Shown piece after piece: positions 44,101 through 51,899 of a stretch of 64,000 bases of DNA. The notes below the pieces were generated by a model. That model had not been told where the DNA came from and did not search any database. It was given only the letters and a program-made list of their open reading frames with translations. A program made the translations under genes and the position numbers. Within the stretch, counting starts at the first letter, position 1, and each line of letters starts with the position of its first letter. Source of the DNA: Nageia nagi (lineage: Eukaryota; Plantae; Pinophyta); contig JBITNC010000001.1 of the NCBI GenBank assembly GCA_050084985.1, positions 80,538,001 to 80,602,000 of the forward strand, read 5' to 3'.

Positions 44101-47100
44101 GTTCGCAGCTTCGTGGCATAGGGTTGGAACTTGGAAGCTCTGATGGCATTGCTTTTCTTGTCTGGGGCCCCGACTGAATAGTTTAATAACGATATTATGT
44201 TTATGCCCTATGCCCTTCTTTTAGTACTAACTTGGAAATACGTTTTTGACCAGTCCATGTTTACATATTCCCATGGACGCATCAAAGAAGCTGGTTGTTT
44301 TTCACCTGCTTTAAGAAGATGATCTGAGCCATGGAAGTCCAGAAAGAGATCCATACCGGCATCTCCTTGAAGTGGAGAAGGAAAAGGCACGGTGGTGACC
44401 CACTAACAAGATGGATAAATAATTGGCTGTTGAGGCTAAAGTTAATTTTATCATTATGTTTTTGCTTGGAAACCATCTTTAGTAAGCTCTCTAAAGTAAT
44501 GATATTGCATTCTCATCTACAGTAATTCAACAAGATCTTTTTTCATATTATTCCATTCTCATCTACACAAATTCAACAAGATCTTTTGTGATATTATGCA
44601 ATTCTCATCTATAGTAATTCTAACAGGAATATATTTGAATCTGAAGCCTCCTATTAGCTAGACATTTCGACAACCATTCTTCTCAAAAATGCCTACATAA
44701 TGTTTTTGGTTAAAAATCATCTTTGGTAAGGTTGTCTATAGTTAATATGGTGCATTCTCCTCTCCAATAATTCAACAGGATTTATCATATTATTGCATTC
44801 TAATGTACGGTAATTCAATATGATCTTTTATCGTGTTTTGAGTCTTAAGCGTCCTATAAGCGATACATTTTAACAGCCATTTTTCTCAAAATTGCCCTTG
44901 ATTAATTAATGTGGGCACCTTGTTAAACCAAGGATCGTGGAGAACGTCGCTGCCCCGTTTCTGGACAATGCAGGAGCCGGAAACGGCAGCTTCGTGCGTC
45001 ATACTGCTTTGACTCAAAAATCCGATGCCGCCGCCATTGTTGGGGTCCAGTATTCGCCGGCAGCCGGATCGGAAGACGCGCCACATCGTGCCCAAATCTC
45101 CTGGTCTGGTGTTCTATGATATTATGGATATACCACGTATTCACAAAGATTGTGTTTGTAGTTACTCCCAACTGTGGCTTCTTAACCTCTCCTGTTTGGA
45201 GAGAAAATTAAGTTATGTGTTATTAGATGCCAGTAATCTTTCTCGATTAGCTTGAGTAACAGGGAGTCCCTCTTGGACAGAACTCATCAATTGCTGATGG
45301 GAAGACGGAGTGATTGTTGTAATTAAAATCTCATGGGATGCCATGGCAGGCAGCTGCTTTCCTTCTACCTTCTGTTCGTTTTTAATACCATTGTCATTCT
45401 GGAAGCGAAGTCCTCCACGGGATGGACAGTAGGTATCTACTTAACATCAAAGGCGAACTTTATGACGCCATTAGCCTGGGTTTGATGTATGACATTCACG
45501 TCGAGAAAAAGGACGAAAAAGGTCCGGTTTGTCAAAAGTATAATGGACTTATTCCGAGCGACCACAGAAATGCAAAACCATGGGCCGTGCTAAGAGGTTT
45601 GTGCTGTAGCATGCACGTTTTTTGACAAACACTGCGGAACCTATGAAGAAAGTTAAATGCATTTTTTAATTTGCAGAAGTCACATCTAGAAAGTTCCGAT
45701 TTTTCCGAAGAAAGCCCGGTCTAGCCTAGCAAATCGCATATAAATCTTACTGATGAAATATATATTGAAATGTCAGCTACTGTGTAATATTTTCCTGTAG
45801 ACGTGATTGGATTTTTTAGAAATTCCCCAACAAACCTTGAAATTCAAGGCCAAGAAATGTCGGAACACTGTCACCTTAACCTACTGTAAGAATCCAATAA
45901 CCCATGAGCTTCGCATCTATGTCGGATCCGATGCAAAAAACAGCATATATCGCTCAACTATGCAGTAGGCTTGAAATTTGACGTCTACCCCTGCGCGTCG
46001 GTAAATTTTCTCTGACGGTTTCGATATTTTAATGCCCATCAAATTTTTTATGCCCTTCCAAATACATTAATAATACAATAAAATTATATTTTTATGTGAT
46101 TTAAATTTAAATATTTTTAATTATATATAAATATTTTTAAATAAAAATATGTATAAATATTAATAGATAAAAATTTTAAAAAATCAATGAATTTATAATT
46201 TTTTATTATCAATATATATATTTTTTGAAGGTAATAAAGAATATATACCCGTTTTGTGTGACGGGTAGAAAAGAAAAACATGATGTAAAAAACGTTTAAA
46301 AAGCCTAAAAACGTTCAATACGGGCGTCAAATTTCAACCCTGCTATGCAGTAATTGATAACAAATAGAACACAAAATTTCATCTTCTTTGCCTCCTTGAT
46401 TGACGGCAGGACGAATTTTGGAGCAAATTTTAAACCTGTGTAAATAAACAATCAACTCTGACTGACGAAAAATATTGAAATAATTTATGATCTTAAACCT
46501 TGAGGAAATTAAGAAGAGAGTGATATTGTACCTTGTTGAACCATTGATCGTGGAGAATGTCGCTACCTCGTTTGTTGACAATAGAAGGGCTGATTTTGGA
46601 TAGTCTGTGGTGCGTCACCCATCTTCGCAAGTCAATGCCGGCGCCGCAGCCCGCCTGCACGACCCGATGACTGCCAGATTGGAGGACTTGCCACATTTTA
46701 TCCATTTTCTTTCAAGCTAAGCGCAGACGTGTGTCGTATTTTTGTTTGCCTACGCCCGGCGCTCGTTCGCTCCAAGAGGCAAACAAAGTATCCGCCTCCG
46801 AGCTTTAACGCTAAATGAAAGGGTGTGATGAAGATGCAGTTACACGCTACATTCCTCCCTCAAATACAGTTATAACGTCTGCCATTATTCGTCCTTGTTT
46901 CATTTCGCGCCATTTGTCATTCTTGAACTAAAGCCTTTGAAAGACTTGGAATTTGGCCAGAAATTCGACAGGTATTTGCCCTAATTTATTGCATTTCCCG
47001 TCCAACTATTCATTTTACGTTAACGGAGACTTGGAATTTGAAGTATCCCTCATTCTTGCTAGTGTTTTTTCTGACTATCAGTACGAGTTTCATATATTTA

Positions 47101-47850
47101 AGATCTCGTTTATCAAAATATATGTGTAGAACTCTTAAATTAGCACATAATAGATAAAAATTTGTCAATGCATTGGAAGAACAAGAATTTCATGGACAAA
47201 AAAAGAGGATTCGAAGCAAGAAAAAAATTCGGAAATTCTAAAGTTCTGTATTCTTCGCTGTATTTTTTTTTTTATTGAGTTTGATATTCCACCTTCTTTT
47301 TGCCTCCCAGTTATTATTAATTTTATACTTCTGCTTCGGAAGTAGGAGCTGTCATTTACTGTATAATAAATTTCCAATCACAACAGAACGAGATTTTCAT
47401 GTTCATGTCATTGGAAATTCCCCATACAGTAGCCATCGGTACCCAATTTCAAGTTATCAACATCTGTAATAATTCCGATTTCGAATTCAGGCTATCAACA
47501 TCGGTAATAATTTCATAACTTTGCAACTATGAACTTCAATCAATCAATATATAAATGCAAAACATTATTTTCTTCCAGTCTTGCATCATTGATTGAGACT
47601 CTTCAAAAACAAAACATTAGCGTGAATGAAAATAATCGGCTGAAATATTGCTGACAAAAATAATTGAAACAATTTATCAATAAATTCTTGATACCTTGTT
47701 GAACCACGGATCATGGAGAATGTCGCTGCCTCGCTTGTGGACAATGAAGGGGGTGGGCTTGGAGGCTCTGTGCGTTATCAATCTTCGCCGCTCATTGCCA
47801 ATGCCCGATTGCCATACCCGACGGCAGCCACATAGGAGGATTTGCCACAT
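684..47850 (-). CDS. NAD-ME2: Mitochondrial NAD-dependent malic enzyme, beta-subunit type; spliced gene with five candidate alternative first exons and 11 constant exons in the window; 3' end lies beyond position 1
   Basis: Manually assembled exons with GT-AG ends and matching phases give a stop-free protein with plant NAD-ME motifs: [95 protein letters not shown]. Beta-type features include [23 protein letters not shown] and [10 protein letters not shown]. Confidence 0.95.
1013..1126 (-). CDS. NAD-ME2: NAD-ME exon 11 ([38 protein letters not shown])
   Basis: TAG|GGA ... GTG|GTCTGT; 114 bp. Confidence 0.92.
4033..4138 (-). CDS. NAD-ME2: NAD-ME exon 10 ([36 protein letters not shown])
   Basis: CAG|T ... 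AAT|GTGAGA; 106 bp; completes the GAGSAG nucleotide-binding motif. Confidence 0.94.
4293..4399 (-). CDS. NAD-ME2: NAD-ME exon 9 ([35 protein letters not shown])
   Basis: CAG|GGC ... AG|GTATTT; 107 bp. Confidence 0.95.
4553..4636 (-). CDS. NAD-ME2: NAD-ME exon 8 ([28 protein letters not shown])
   Basis: CAG|TTT ... CAG|GTATTT; 84 bp; metal-binding FED and FNDD motifs. Confidence 0.96.
4741..4844 (-). CDS. NAD-ME2: NAD-ME exon 7 ([35 protein letters not shown])
   Basis: TAG|AT ... CAG|GTGAGT; 104 bp. Confidence 0.95.
5075..5180 (+). mobile_element. Short remnant of a Copia reverse transcriptase
   Basis: Translates to [19 protein letters not shown], resembling the Copia RT segment FEMTDLGLLHFFLGIQV. 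Confidence 0.5.
5686..9978 (+). mobile_element. Full-length degenerate hAT DNA transposon in NAD-ME intron 6
   Basis: Perfect 8-bp TSD CCTCCAAC (5678-5685 and 9979-9986); CATAG...CTATG termini; subterminal CCGTTTTTT-like repeats; internal transposase remnants. Confidence 0.9.
6297..8760 (+). pseudogene. hAT transposase pseudogene (BED zinc finger, DUF659-type RNase H fold, C-terminal dimerisation domain), with introns and several stops
   Basis: Motifs [51 protein letters not shown] and [46 protein letters not shown]. Confidence 0.88.
11220..11622 (+). mobile_element. Truncated LTR (3' part) of the TGTGAC...GATCATCACA family
   Basis: Visibly similar to 14355-14782 (ttcggcttg...ggtttggaaccctagat...cattgtactccat); ends ttttagatcatcac. 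Confidence 0.6.
11630..15847 (+). mobile_element. 5'-truncated LTR retroelement: repeat-rich non-coding internal region, G-rich PPT and 3' LTR (13466-15847, TGTTG...CAACA) interrupted by a solo LTR
   Basis: GGGGGG directly precedes TGTTGTGCAGG at 13466; the LTR ends CCCAACA at 15847; the internal region has many degenerate GGGCGCACCGATTT...CATGCAAAAGCATGT units. Confidence 0.55.
13599..14782 (+). mobile_element. Solo LTR (TGTGAC...GATCCTCACA family)
   Basis: TG...CA termini with perfect 5-bp TSD AGCAA; internal GACCCCACGTTGGC repeats. Confidence 0.85.
16186..16246 (-). CDS. NAD-ME2: NAD-ME exon 6 ([20 protein letters not shown])
   Basis: CAG|ATA ... T|GTAAGC; 61 bp. Confidence 0.95.
16466..16594 (-). 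CDS. NAD-ME2: NAD-ME exon 5 ([43 protein letters not shown])
   Basis: CAG|GTG ... AAA|GTAAGT; 129 bp. Confidence 0.96.
17325..18449 (+). mobile_element. Solo LTR (same family) in intron 4
   Basis: TGTGACATCCCC...GATCATCACA; TSD CATTG/CACTG with one mismatch. Confidence 0.82.
19287..19454 (-). CDS. NAD-ME2: NAD-ME exon 4 ([56 protein letters not shown])
   Basis: CAG|GTT ... CAG|GTTTGC; 168 bp; contains the catalytic YTPTVG motif. Confidence 0.95.
19612..19730 (-). CDS. NAD-ME2: NAD-ME exon 3 ([40 protein letters not shown])
   Basis: Acceptor CAG|TG completes the phase-1 codon; donor AAG|GTTTGA; 119 bp. Confidence 0.95.
22238..22968. mobile_element. Foldback or MITE-like element with long (~190 bp) imperfect terminal inverted repeats, in intron 2
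   Basis: GGAGACCCATTTTGGCAGCATATGTTGAGGATG...TTGCAATTCAATTCCCA...AAAACTTGGCTCT is mirrored at 22775-22967; AT-rich core; no TSD identified. Confidence 0.75.
25188..25284 (-). CDS. NAD-ME2: NAD-ME exon 2, first constant exon ([32 protein letters not shown])
   Basis: Acceptor CAG|GAA in phase 0; donor T|GTAAGC; 97 bp. Confidence 0.95.
26781..27056. repeat. Tandem duplication of a ~138-bp unit
   Basis: TACCT.CCATATGTAAG.AGGA...GAGCACATATC...GGAATGCATTTACA...AACTACATCAACACAAA occurs twice head to tail. Confidence 0.85.
29100..32893 (-). mobile_element. LTR retroelement of the same LTR family: 5' LTR (32893-31733), tRNA-Met-type PBS and an internal degenerate orphan ORF; no 3' LTR found
   Basis: Minus strand begins TGTGACGTCCCC at 32893; PBS TGGTATCAAAACC near 31731-31719; long stop-interrupted reading frames at 31349-29114. 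Confidence 0.7.
32894..35949 (+). mobile_element. 3' part of a Gypsy-like element (internal 3' region, PPT region, LTR 33950-35949) with a further LTR (33957-35172) nested just inside it
   Basis: GCTTGAGGACACGCAATCTCAAGCAAGGTGGAC precedes TGTAAG; terminal pairs TGTAAG/CTTACA and TGTAATGTTTCCA/TGGGATATTACA. Boundaries are tentative. Confidence 0.45.
36091..37335 (-). mobile_element. Solo LTR (same family as 13599 and 17325), inverted
   Basis: Minus strand reads TGTGATGTCCCCC...GGATCTTTACA; TSD AAAAT/AGAAT with one mismatch. Confidence 0.8.
37443..40649 (+). mobile_element. Ty1/Copia (Tnt1-like) retrotransposon, degenerate and internally deleted
   Basis: LTRs at 37443-37799 and 40280-40649 (TGTTAAGAGGTGAAGT...); degenerate PBS TGGTACTAAAGC; PPT AAGTGGGAGAA; gag [13 protein letters not shown]; protease [13 protein letters not shown]; [13 protein letters not shown] and DMKNLG; integrase core missing. 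Confidence 0.9.
41129..41183. repeat. (TA)n microsatellite
   Basis: Uninterrupted TA run of about 27 units. Confidence 0.95.
41974..42141 (-). CDS. NAD-ME2: NAD-ME first-exon copy V5 (type A): [56 protein letters not shown]
   Basis: ATG at 42141, 168 bp (56 codons), donor AAG|GTGCCG in phase 0. This is the copy closest to exon 2. Confidence 0.88.
42142..42720 (-). promoter_or_regulatory. Putative promoter/5'UTR of V5, paralogous to the region upstream of V3 (45087-45640)
   Basis: Conserved non-coding blocks are shared with 45170-45610. Includes TGACGTCA (42553-42560) and a site II-like TGGGCC (42667-42672, paralogue 45581-45586). Site II motifs are established features of plant nuclear genes for mitochondrial proteins. 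Function here is inferred. Confidence 0.5.
43488..43643 (-). CDS. NAD-ME2: NAD-ME first-exon copy V4 (type B): [52 protein letters not shown]
   Basis: ATG at 43643, 156 bp (52 codons), donor AAG|GTACAA in phase 0. Confidence 0.9.
43644..44350 (-). promoter_or_regulatory. Putative promoter/5'UTR of V4, paralogous to the region upstream of V1 (47851-48440)
   Basis: Shared blocks CCTGCCT.GTATAAAA.G.CATAATGAAAA, GGTAGGTTCGCAG and CCGACTGAATAG...TATTATGTTTATGCCCT; G-box CCACGTGG at 43932-43939. Confidence 0.5.
44452..44897. repeat. Nested tandem repeat: two ~200-245-bp units made of ~45-bp subunits (ATTGCATTCTCATCTACAGTAATTCAACAAGATCTTTT)
   Basis: The subunit recurs about five times between 44500 and 44830; unit ends GCCTCCTATTAGC...CTCAAAAATGCC and GCGTCCTATAAGC...CTCAAAATTGCC match. 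Confidence 0.75.
44919..45086 (-). CDS. NAD-ME2: NAD-ME first-exon copy V3 (type A): [56 protein letters not shown]
   Basis: ATG at 45086, 168 bp (56 codons), donor AAG|GTGCCC in phase 0. Confidence 0.88.
45966..46342. mobile_element. Non-autonomous hAT-type MITE (377 bp) between V2 and V3
   Basis: TIRs TAGGCTTGAAATTTGACG / CGTCAAATTTCAACCCTG; perfect 8-bp TSD CTATGCAG (45958-45965 and 46343-46350); AT-rich core. Confidence 0.9.
46532..46705 (-). CDS. NAD-ME2: NAD-ME first-exon copy V2 (divergent B-like, type C): (MDK)[55 protein letters not shown]
   Basis: In-frame ATGs at 46705 and 46696; donor AAG|GTACAA in phase 0; ORF track 46493..46705. Confidence 0.88.
47695..47850 (-). CDS. NAD-ME2: NAD-ME first-exon copy V1 (type B): [52 protein letters not shown]
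   Basis: ATG at 47850, 156 bp (52 codons), no stops, donor AAG|GTATCA in phase 0. Too short to appear in the ORF track. Confidence 0.9.
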
Positions 47851-48500
47851 TCTCTCGGTGTTCTGTTAAAACAGGAGTAAGACCAAGCTATATTTTGCGG
47901 CCTTTGAAAACATCCCTCCCCCAAACACCTTAGGAGTCCAACGTATTAACCCTGCCTCGTATAAAAGGACATAATGAAAACAATGTAATGACAAGAATTA
48001 TCAAAGAAGACAAGAATAATGTTTGTCAACTGCACATAAAAAGAGTCGGTCCTGCACGAAAATAATCATTCGAGAAACATGTCATTTTGTTTCCAGCCAT
48101 GGCGTGAAGCCGCATCCACTGAACTCTACTTTTGGTCCGAAAATACTTGATGTTATTCGACATTGCTTGGGAATGAAGTTTGGAATCGTAATAAGTGAGG
48201 ATGGATTCGCTAATCACAGCATTTATGAAAAGCGGGGTAGCAAATCCTCAATTTTGGTAGGTTCGCAGTATGGGGTTGGAAGGTCGGATGAATAAGCCAT
48301 GGCGCCGCCGACTGAATAGAAACAAAATATATTATGTTTATGCCCTGCTTTTGGGAAGAATTTGGAGCACTCAATGTCTACAGATTCCCATAGCGGGAAG
48401 CGAAGAAGCTGTGCAATGGAAGACTGGAAAGAGATGGACAGGAATGTCAGATTAGAAACTACGCAAAGAATATAATTTAGTTTTTTTGTAAGCTATAAAA

Positions 48501-51266
48501 CTAGCAATTCAACATTCCGCCATGGGTAAGCCGAGAAAGGCAAAAAAAAATATTATTGCATTTAATTAAATATCATAGATTTTTTTATAGATTTAAAAAT
48601 AATAATAACGAAAGGAAATGTAAATTTGTAATATGTAAAATAGTATAAATAATTAAAAATCTAAGTTTTAGAAGTATTGGTATATGTATACATTTAATGA
48701 TTTTATATGGATGTAATTTCAAAATTAAAAATGTAAGTTTTAGAAGTATTGGTATATGTATAGATTTAATGATCATATAATGATGTAATTTCAATTTCGA
48801 AGTTTGAATAAAATGTAAAGTAAATTTGTAATATGCAAAACATAAACTATAATTGATTTATTATATAGTTTTAAAAATACATAACAAGAAATAGTTATTT
48901 TTTTAATTTTTAACAACAATAATAACATTTGAAGTTGTAAATTTATATTAACAACAAAAATAATTTTTGGAATTGCAAATTCATATTTCCAAATTTATCA
49001 GATGTTTTAATGATTACATAATGAAAGAATTTAAATAAGAAAATGGAAATGTTGGCTACATTTTAAGAAATTCATAAAAGTTTTAGAAGCAAAAATTAAT
49101 ATTTAAAAAATAGTTGTCAAATGAGTAATATCTAAATTTTAGAATTGCTACATGATTACACAATGATTGAATTTCAATTTAGAAATTTGAGTAAAATATA
49201 AAGTAAATTGTAATAGCAATGCATAAAGTATAATTGATGTATTATATAGTTTTAGCAATATATAACAAGAAATAGTAAGTTTTTTTTTTCTTTTTTTTTT
49301 TTAACAATAACATTTGAAGTTGCAAATTCATATTTCTAAATCTAAGAAATGTTTTAATGATTACATAATGAAAGAATTTAAATAAGAAAATGGAACTAAA
49401 AATTAATGTAAATTTGTAATATGCAAAACATAAAATATATTCGATGTATATAAATTGTTGGTAACATTTAAAATATTCATAAAAGTTTTAGAAATAATAA
49501 CTATTGTTTGAAAAATAGTTGTGAAATAAGTAATATGTACATATCAAAATTTTGAAATAAATTTTTGAAACAACTCTTTATATTTGAAAAAAAAAATTGG
49601 AATGACTAATATGGTATGCATAAAGAAGTGAATTTTCATTAGTTATAGCAAAAGCATGTTATACAATATTGAACTAAATCTTTTAAAAGAAAATTGTTGC
49701 TTATTAATGTAGATTTTGAATGGTTTTCTTTCCTATGTAATTATAATCTTCATGTGAGTATTCAATTTTTTTTATTTTTAAAAGTTTTCAAAGTCTTTGA
49801 AGAGTTGTTCCTATAAGTTATGTTGGTGAAGCTCATCTGTCTTTCTCATAGAATTTACAAGCTTTTCATTATCTTTCTTTCTCATATACGATTCTATAAA
49901 TTGCATGCAAAGGTGTGTTGGCATAAACTTTTTGTAGTTATCCATGATGATATCATGTCAAACGTATTATGTAAAATAAGATGTGTATTATAATTAACAC
50001 CGAGAGGCATTCTCTAGCTACATCATGAGGGTGGAGTGGAAAGCCAAATGTAACATGTGAGTCCATCCATTAAATGTCAGCTTTAATATATTTATAAAAA
50101 TTAATCCACTTTATTATTTAAAAAATAAAGTTGGCTTCAAAAATATAATTATAACATTAGAATAACATAAAATAAATAATATATAACATAAATAAATTAA
50201 TAAATTAACATTAAAATAAATACCAAGAAATATCAATAAATGAGATAAAAGTGTAAGGAATGATATCTCTAATTATTTTTTTGATATATAGGGAGGTATA
50301 TCAAAACTAGTTTTATAATTTACTTATAGAGTGAAGACTTTCAAATAAATAAAGATTAGCATAATTTTGAAAAAATAAATATTAAAAAATATAAACACTA
50401 AGCACATAATCCAATATATTAAAATTAAATGTATATATTAAAATTTTAAGTGCTCACAAGGTATTTTTGAAATTACTATTAGCATTGTATTTATTTAGTT
50501 AAACATATATTTCATTGAAAAAAAATTCTCAAATTACACTCCAATTGTCTTCAATAGCAAATATTATTTTTATTAACTCAATTTGCACTTAAGTTGTGAT
50601 AATATTATCTCAAAATAATAGAATTGAAGAGTATTATAAGAATAATATCACCCACGATAGTTGAACAAAAGCATATATAATAAATCAACTAGTGCATTAT
50701 AGATAAACATTTGATTTCGAAGAGGAAGTATAATTTGTAATTGCATTTGAAAATGAAAATGATTTTATTTATGTGTCAACATTTGATAATGGCGTCAAGT
50801 GTTCCTCTTCTTATTAATATTGGTTAACATTTGAGTTGATTTACATGCATACATATCTTTCAAATGCGAAACCAGGTTGTATACGTAAATATTATAGTTC
50901 ACCAACTCTTGAAATAATTGTAAAAGTAAATCCTTATCAATTAATTTTGCTAGTATCAATAGTTGTTTTTTCATGTGTAAGCCTTGTGATTTGTGTATTG
51001 TTAAGGCCCATGCCATTTTGAGTGGGATTTGGCATAGTTGTCCATAGCTTATAGGGCATATATGAACATATTTAGGGTTATTTTGATCTCAAAATGGGCT
51101 TATGTAATTTTGCAATTTAATAACAACAAAAAAGGAAGTTGTGATGGCTTTTTATTTTGCTTATAAATAATTGATTTCACTTGTCCAAGTGCATTATTGA
51201 TAAGCATTCTTTCTACCCATAAATTTGAACACGACTTCTTGGTCAATACAAAAGAGCAATTGTGAT
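48501..51266 (-). mobile_element. Probable Helitron remnant: PIF1-like helicase C-terminal fragment (~50800-51266) plus an AT-rich, internally repeated 3' region
   Basis: QIPLKMAWALTIHKSQGL matches the PIF1 helicase motif. A candidate 3' end CTAG|T at 48501-48504 coincides with a sharp change in composition. The end is tentative because no strong hairpin is seen. Confidence 0.6.
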
Positions 51267-51899
51267 CATTACTACATTTTAGTCATTTTACATCATTTAA
51301 TGCATCAAAAAAAGCTCTTTGATGCTTTGAGCATTAGGGATTCCAAGTTTGCATCAAAATAAAATTTTATATGCATGTTGATGCCTTGATTGATGCATTA
51401 CATGATGCATGTATTGACTCATTTTCCAAGGTATTTTTGACATTTTGATTGATACATTAGTTGACATTTAATCAAGTAAATCTTGACATTTTGAATGATG
51501 CATTTTCATAATATACATTTTACTATATGGTCTACAATGCTAATGTTACATAAAATTGATGAAGAATATCTCATGTCCATCCTATGCTCTCTACTTCCTA
51601 GTTCCCATGTTGACACAAGAAAATAATGATCTTTCAAGTCAAAGGCTAAGCAAAGAACCCTAACATGGTATGCCAATATTAAATTAACCACCACAAGCAT
51701 GTATATACATTTTCACATTTGAAATGATTGCAGATGGAATTGATTGAACATCTTAAACATGAAAATACATGTAATATGTGTAATATATTAATGAGTAATT
51801 GATTGGAAGTAATTTACAAATTACAAAACATTCAAAAAAATACTATAATTCAAATTCATATGAGAGTCAACCTCAAACCACTAAAGATATCAATATATA

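Noticed and set aside
41974-47850. Five separate tandem NAD-ME genes, or an assembly artefact
   Set aside because: No exon 2-12 sequence lies between the copies, and the copies are far too divergent (three types, distinct flanks, a copy-specific MITE) to be duplicated reads of one locus.
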